From Octopus sinensis (lineage: Eukaryota), in assembly GCF_006345805.1 (NCBI RefSeq), contig NC_043002.1, forward strand, positions 93,000,001-93,064,000: a stretch of 64,000 nucleotides of DNA. Direction: 5' to 3'. Positions 59,126 to 64,000 of this stretch are shown one piece after another. Position 1 is the stretch's first letter, and each line of letters starts with the position of its first letter. The notes beneath the pieces were generated by a model that was not told the DNA's origin, did not search any database, and worked only from the letters and a program-made list of their open reading frames with translations. A program made the translations under genes and the position numbers.

Positions 59126-59538
59126 AGGCGCAGGAGTGGCTGTGTGGTAAGTAGCTTGCTTACCAACCACATGGTTCTAGGTTCAGTCCCACTGCGTGAC
59201 ATCTTGGGCAAGTGTCTTCTGCTATAGCCTTGGGCCGACCAATGCCTTGTGAGTGGATTTGGTAGACGGAAACTGAAAGAAGCCTGTCGTATATATGTAT
59301 ATGTATGTGTGTGTATATGTTTGTGTGTCTGTGTTTGTACCCCTAGCATTGCTTGACAAACGATGCTGGTGTGTTTACGTCCCCGTCACTTAGCGGTTCA
59401 GCAAAAGAGACCGATAGAATAAGTACTGGGCTTACAAAGAATAAGTCCCAGGGTTGATTTGCTCGACTAAAGGCGATGCTCCAGATTGGCCGCAGTCAAA
59501 TGACTGAAACAAGTAAAAGAGTAAAGAGTAAAAAGAGT
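59126..59538 (+). mobile_element. SINE family S1
   Basis: Reverse complement of 12512-12923. Confidence 0.9.
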
Positions 59539-59814
59539 TATTTGGAAACAGATGAGGATGGGTGACAGATAAGCCATAGGAAATCCACCTCAATTAACTC
59601 CAGCCAACCCATACAAACAAGGAAAAGCAAACATTAAAATGATTAAATATGTATATGTGTGTGTGTGTGTATGTATTGTGAGTGCATATGTGTAAGTATG
59701 CACACATATATCACGTGACCGACCAGACCATCAGATGTTGTTATACATCGCTGGTCACAATGCGTTCGCATTGTTTTAGCCTTCGAATGACGCCACCCCG
59801 CTGGCTAAGCGAGC

Positions 59815-60012
59815 AGGCCAACAGAAGAAAGAGTGGGAGAAAGAGTGGTGAAAGAGTACAGCAGGGATCACCACCCCCTGCAGGAGCCTCGTGGAGCTTT
59901 TTTTTAGGTGTTTTCGCTCAATAAACACTCACAACGCCCGGTCTGGGAATCGAAACCGCGATCCTGCCTCCACGAGTCCGCTGCCCTAACCACTAGGCCA
60001 TTGCGCCTCCAC
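59815..60012 (-). mobile_element. SINE S2 variant, 5' part
   Basis: tRNA-like head ending at 60012; body shared with 15290-15575. Confidence 0.75.
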
Positions 60013-60565
60013 TGTATATATACATATACACACTTAGGCTGTATAAAAATAGGTATAAAGTATGTCACTAAAACAAGCCATGCAGATAACTAGAAAAGTA
60101 TGATTATTACAATAGCTTCATTAATATCAAGGATGACATACAAATAAATTACAATAAAGATGACATACTTATAACAATTAAACAAAGAAAATACAAGTGC
60201 TCAGATTCTCAAATTGCAATTAAGTACAATCTCTTCAGTGTTCAACTGATCTATCTAAATATTTACACATTCCTATAGTCAAGTTTCTATACTCAAGTAA
60301 ACTCTGATACAGTGCCCTTCATTATCATTAATCTTTTGGCATGCTTCTCTTAGGAATTCAATCATGTCATCAAAAGTGTGTACTTTCCTTGAAACTATTC
60401 TTTCTATGTTTGATAACGCCCTCAAAAGAAGTTCATTAAGGTGTTTGCATCTGGTAATTATGATGGCAATTTAACGAGCCATCATTAACCAAACCACCTG
60501 CCAGGTGAATCTTTGTTAATACATATATTGTTATAATCTGTATTATACCTACTTTTGCACTCTTG

Positions 60566-60644
<79 letters not shown>

Positions 60645-60657
60645 AAACATGTCGTAG

Positions 60658-60705
60658 CTTGCCTGAAGAGCCTGTGCACTCATAGGTGTAACTCAGAGTA
60701 GCAAG
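60658..60705 (+). ncRNA. Hammerhead-like motif, canonical 5' core, A13U change
   Basis: CTTGC-CTGAAGA-GCCTGTG CACT CATAGGT-GTAAC TCAGA GTA-GCAAG; 5-bp stem I, 7-bp stem II (two G.U), stem III ACTC-A-GAGT. Confidence 0.75.
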
Positions 60706-61642
60706 AGACTGCTTCGACCAAAATAAAAATATTATTCATCTCTACTATGGTACCAAGTACTCTTTCTTCCAACAGCCAACACGATATATGTATGTATACA
60801 CACACACACACACATACACATGTATGTATGTATGTATGTATGATGTATGTATATTTGTGTGTTGTGTTGTGTGTGTCTGTGTGAATGTATGTATGTGTGA
60901 ATGTATGTATGTATGTATGTACGTATGTATATTTGTGTGTTGTGTGTGTGTATGTGCGTGTGTGAATGTATTTATGTACGTATGTATATTTGTGTTGTGT
61001 GTTTGTACGTGTGTGTGTGTATATATGTGTAGGTATGAACAGGGAACTCAACGGCATTCAGTTCAGCCTGTTTGAGTGTGTATAGGTACAAGTGTGTGAG
61101 TTTGTGCTGAAGTATGTGTATATGTGTATGATATATGATATTATGTGTATATGTGTATGATATATGATATTATGTGTATATGTGTATGATATATGATATT
61201 TCCACGTAAAACAAAGGACTGTATGCAGAAGATGTAACTGGAATGCCATGCTGCGACAGTTGAATTCCTTAGTGAGGGAACATAGCAGCTGAAATAAGTT
61301 TATCTTCACAACTAGGTTAGTTAGCAACTTGTGGGTCAAATCTAAGAGCAAGGTCGGTGTAAATGTGAAGGTCACCTTTAGCAAAGAGAAAGCCATCTCA
61401 TTAGCAGAAAGTCACAGCAAAAAGAGTTGTATATGAGCCATTGAGCCATTGTTATATATATAGTAGAGTACAACTTGCTATGACAATGATAAATTTAGTA
61501 TATACTGGTACAGTAATGGTGTGTGTGTGTGATAGAGTTATGATATTGATATGAAAAGATATTTAGTATAAGAATATATATTGCTACAGTAAGAATATAT
61601 TAGTGTAGTAAGGATATATTGGTATAGTAATGACATAGATAC

Positions 61643-61892
61643 ATCATCATCATCATTTAACGTCCGTTCTCCATGCTAGCATGGGTTGGACGGTTCAACC
61701 GGGGATCTGGGAAGCCAGAAGGCTGCACCAGGCTCCAGTCTTATCTGGCAATGTTTCTACAGCTGGATGCCCTTCCTAACGCCAACCACTCCATGAGTGT
61801 AGTGGGTGCTTTTTACGTGCCACCTGCACAGGTGCCAGGCGAGGCTGGCAACGGCCACGGTCGGATTGGTGTATATTACGTGCCACCGGCAC
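61643..61892 (-). mobile_element. RTE 3' tail copy
   Basis: (CAT)n plus tail. Confidence 0.9.
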
Positions 61893-61952
61893 GGTGGATA
61901 ATACAGAAAGGATAAATTGATACAGTAAGGATACATTTGTACAGTAATGACA

Positions 61953-62172
61953 CATGAGGGGCTGCTGAAAAGTTCCTGGCTTTAAGGGTATCACGAAAGG
62001 CCTGGGTGGAGGCCCAACCTTCCAAGTTCTTTTACAGGGCTTAGAAAAACTGAAGGACTGCTGCAATAATTTTGTGAATCTGAGAGGGGAATGTGTTGAA
62101 TAAGATCATAATTAACTGATCCTCCTGTATTTTCTTTCACCCAAACCAGGAACTTTTCAGCACTCCCTTGTA
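61953..62172 (+). mobile_element. Internally deleted mariner retaining the transposase C-terminus
   Basis: TIRs (CA)TGAGGGGCTGCTGAAAAGTTCCTGG / CCAGGAACTTTTCAGCACTCCCTTGTA; reads LEKLKDCCNNFVNLRGECVE*, resembling the mariner KL..RW.KC...GDYVE end. Confidence 0.8.
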
Positions 62173-62329
62173 TTAGTAGAGTAAGGATAAATTTGTACAA
62201 TAAGGAAATACTGGTACAGTAATGCTATTTGGTATAGAAAGGATATATCAGTACAGTAATGACCTAATAGTAGAGTAAGGTTAAATTTGCATGGTAAATA
62301 CATAGTAACAATATATTGGTATAGTAATA

Positions 62330-62908
62330 AAAGCAATGGTTTTAAATGTTGGCAGAAGGCTAGCAGTTTTAGAAAGAGTGGGTTAGTCGATTACATGAAC
62401 CCCAAGTACTCAACTGTAATTTTTATATGGACCCTAAAAGAATGAAGGGCAAAGACAACCATGACAGAATTTGAACTCAGAGTGTAACAATAATAGCAAT
62501 GGTTTCAAATTTTGGCACAAGGCCAGTAATTTGGGGGGGGGGAGGGGAATAATCAATTACATCAACCTCAGTGCTCAACTGGTACTTTTTTTCATTGACC
62601 CAGAAAGGATGACAGGCAAAGTTGACCTCATCGAAATTTGAACTCAGAAAGAAAAGATGGACAAATAATAATAATTATAATAACCCTTTCTACAATAGGC
62701 ACAAGGCCTGGAATTTGTGGGGAGGGGTACAGTCAATTACATCAACCTCAGTACTCAACTGGTACTTATTTTACAACCCCAAAAGAACAAAAGCAAAGTC
62801 GACCTCGGTGGAATTTGAACTCAGAATGTAAAAACCGGACAAAATACCACAAAGCATTTTGCCCAGTGTGCTAACAATTCTGCCAGCTCACCACCTTTAT
62901 AATAATAA

Positions 62909-62939
<31 letters not shown>

Positions 62940-63400
62940 CCTTTCTACTAAAGGCACAAGGTCTGAAATTTGAGGGCAAGGGGTTAGTCAATTACATCGA
63001 CCCCAGTGTTCAACTGCTACTCATTTTATCAATCCTAAAACGATGAAAGGCAAAGTCAACCTCAGTGGCAGAATTTGAACTCAGAACATAAAGACAGACA
63101 AAATGCTGCCAAGCATTCTGCCCAGCATGCTAACGATACTACCAGCACACTGCCTTAGTAATAATAATCTTTTCTACTCTAGGCACAATGCTTGAAATCC
63201 TGTGGGGAAGAAGAGGCAATCAATTAGATCGACTACAGTACACAACTGGTACTTAATTTATCGACCCCGAAAGGATGAAAGGCAAAGTCGTCGATCTTGG
63301 CAGAATTTGAACTCAGAACATAAAGGCAGATGAAATACTGCTAAGCATATCGCCTGGCATGCTAACATTTCTGCCAGCTCACAGCCTTTGCCTTAGTAAT
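62330..63400 (-). mobile_element. Cluster of five head-to-tail SINE S3-type copies separated by (AAT)n
   Basis: GAAAGGATGAAAGGCAAAGTCGACCTC...GAATTTGAACTCAG core recurs near 62430, 62600, 62780, 63040, 63270. Confidence 0.88.
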
Positions 63401-64000
63401 AATAATAATAAACTAACTGTATACAATATTCAATAATGTGATAGTGAAAGACAAAAACATAGTTTCACAACTAAGCAAAATTTAAAATGACTTCTTAAAT
63501 AATGATAAATTTTGATAAAATACAGGACCAATTTAATATAATCGTCTAACTTATAATGTCATGGGTTGGAGGAGTAATTCTGTGTATGTGTGTATGTGGG
63601 ATGAAAAACAAAACCCGTCAAAGGGGGGGAGGAACTCTTGAGAGTCAACGGCCATCCAATAAATGTCTTAAGGCTGTATAATGTGCAGGGACATGGAAAT
63701 AATTAGACTGAATACCTGATCGTACGGTTAAACCATTGGGAGTGAAGGACTCCTAGTCTTCGTTAGGGCATCCTTCTAGGAGAAGGTAACTCAGGGTATT
63801 TTGTCCACCTCTTTACCAATACTGCCATCCTATCACCCCTATTTGTTCATCATCATTTCATGTCTATTTTCCATGCTGGCATGGGTTGGACTAAATGCAT
63901 ATACCCATGTAAAGAACTATTTGTGTGGCAGGTTTTCTACACCTTGATGCCCTTCCTGATGTGCCAGGAACCATATTTCAGCCCTTATGTTACTTTTCAG

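Noticed and set aside
60290-60470. Minus-strand frame RKVHTFDDMIEFLREACQKI, possibly a Tc1-like transposase C-terminus
   Set aside because: Similarity is too weak by eye; no TIRs or DDE motif found.

Overview
Repeat-dense, AT-rich animal DNA, most likely an octopus or another coleoid cephalopod. This is inferred from the SINE/LINE repertoire and the (TA)n/(CA)n load. The only host gene I can support is a phosphorylase b kinase gamma catalytic subunit (PHKG) on the minus strand. Ten internal coding exons (37842 down to 5433) have GT-AG boundaries and matching phases. They splice to 278 uninterrupted codons covering the kinase domain and the start of the calmodulin-binding tail. The first and last coding exons were not found and probably lie outside the window. 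Everything else is apparently intronic: a degraded near-full RTE LINE carrying a PHD finger, many copies of its 3' tail, a 5'-truncated CR1-type LINE embedded in about 4.7 kb of (TA)n, three tRNA-derived SINE families, Helitrons, Merlin-, piggyBac-, pogo- and mariner-like MITEs, a Penelope-like RT relic and several minisatellites. The most notable signal is at least seven hammerhead-ribozyme-like motifs in short modules, mostly next to microsatellites. They have short palindromic stem III, different but still base-paired stems I/II, and core variants including compensatory G3:C8 and U3:A8 pairs. Several sit at the centre of long fold-back palindromes, as expected for inverted pseudo-LTRs of Penelope-like elements. 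None of this was computed with tools, and ribozyme activity is untested.
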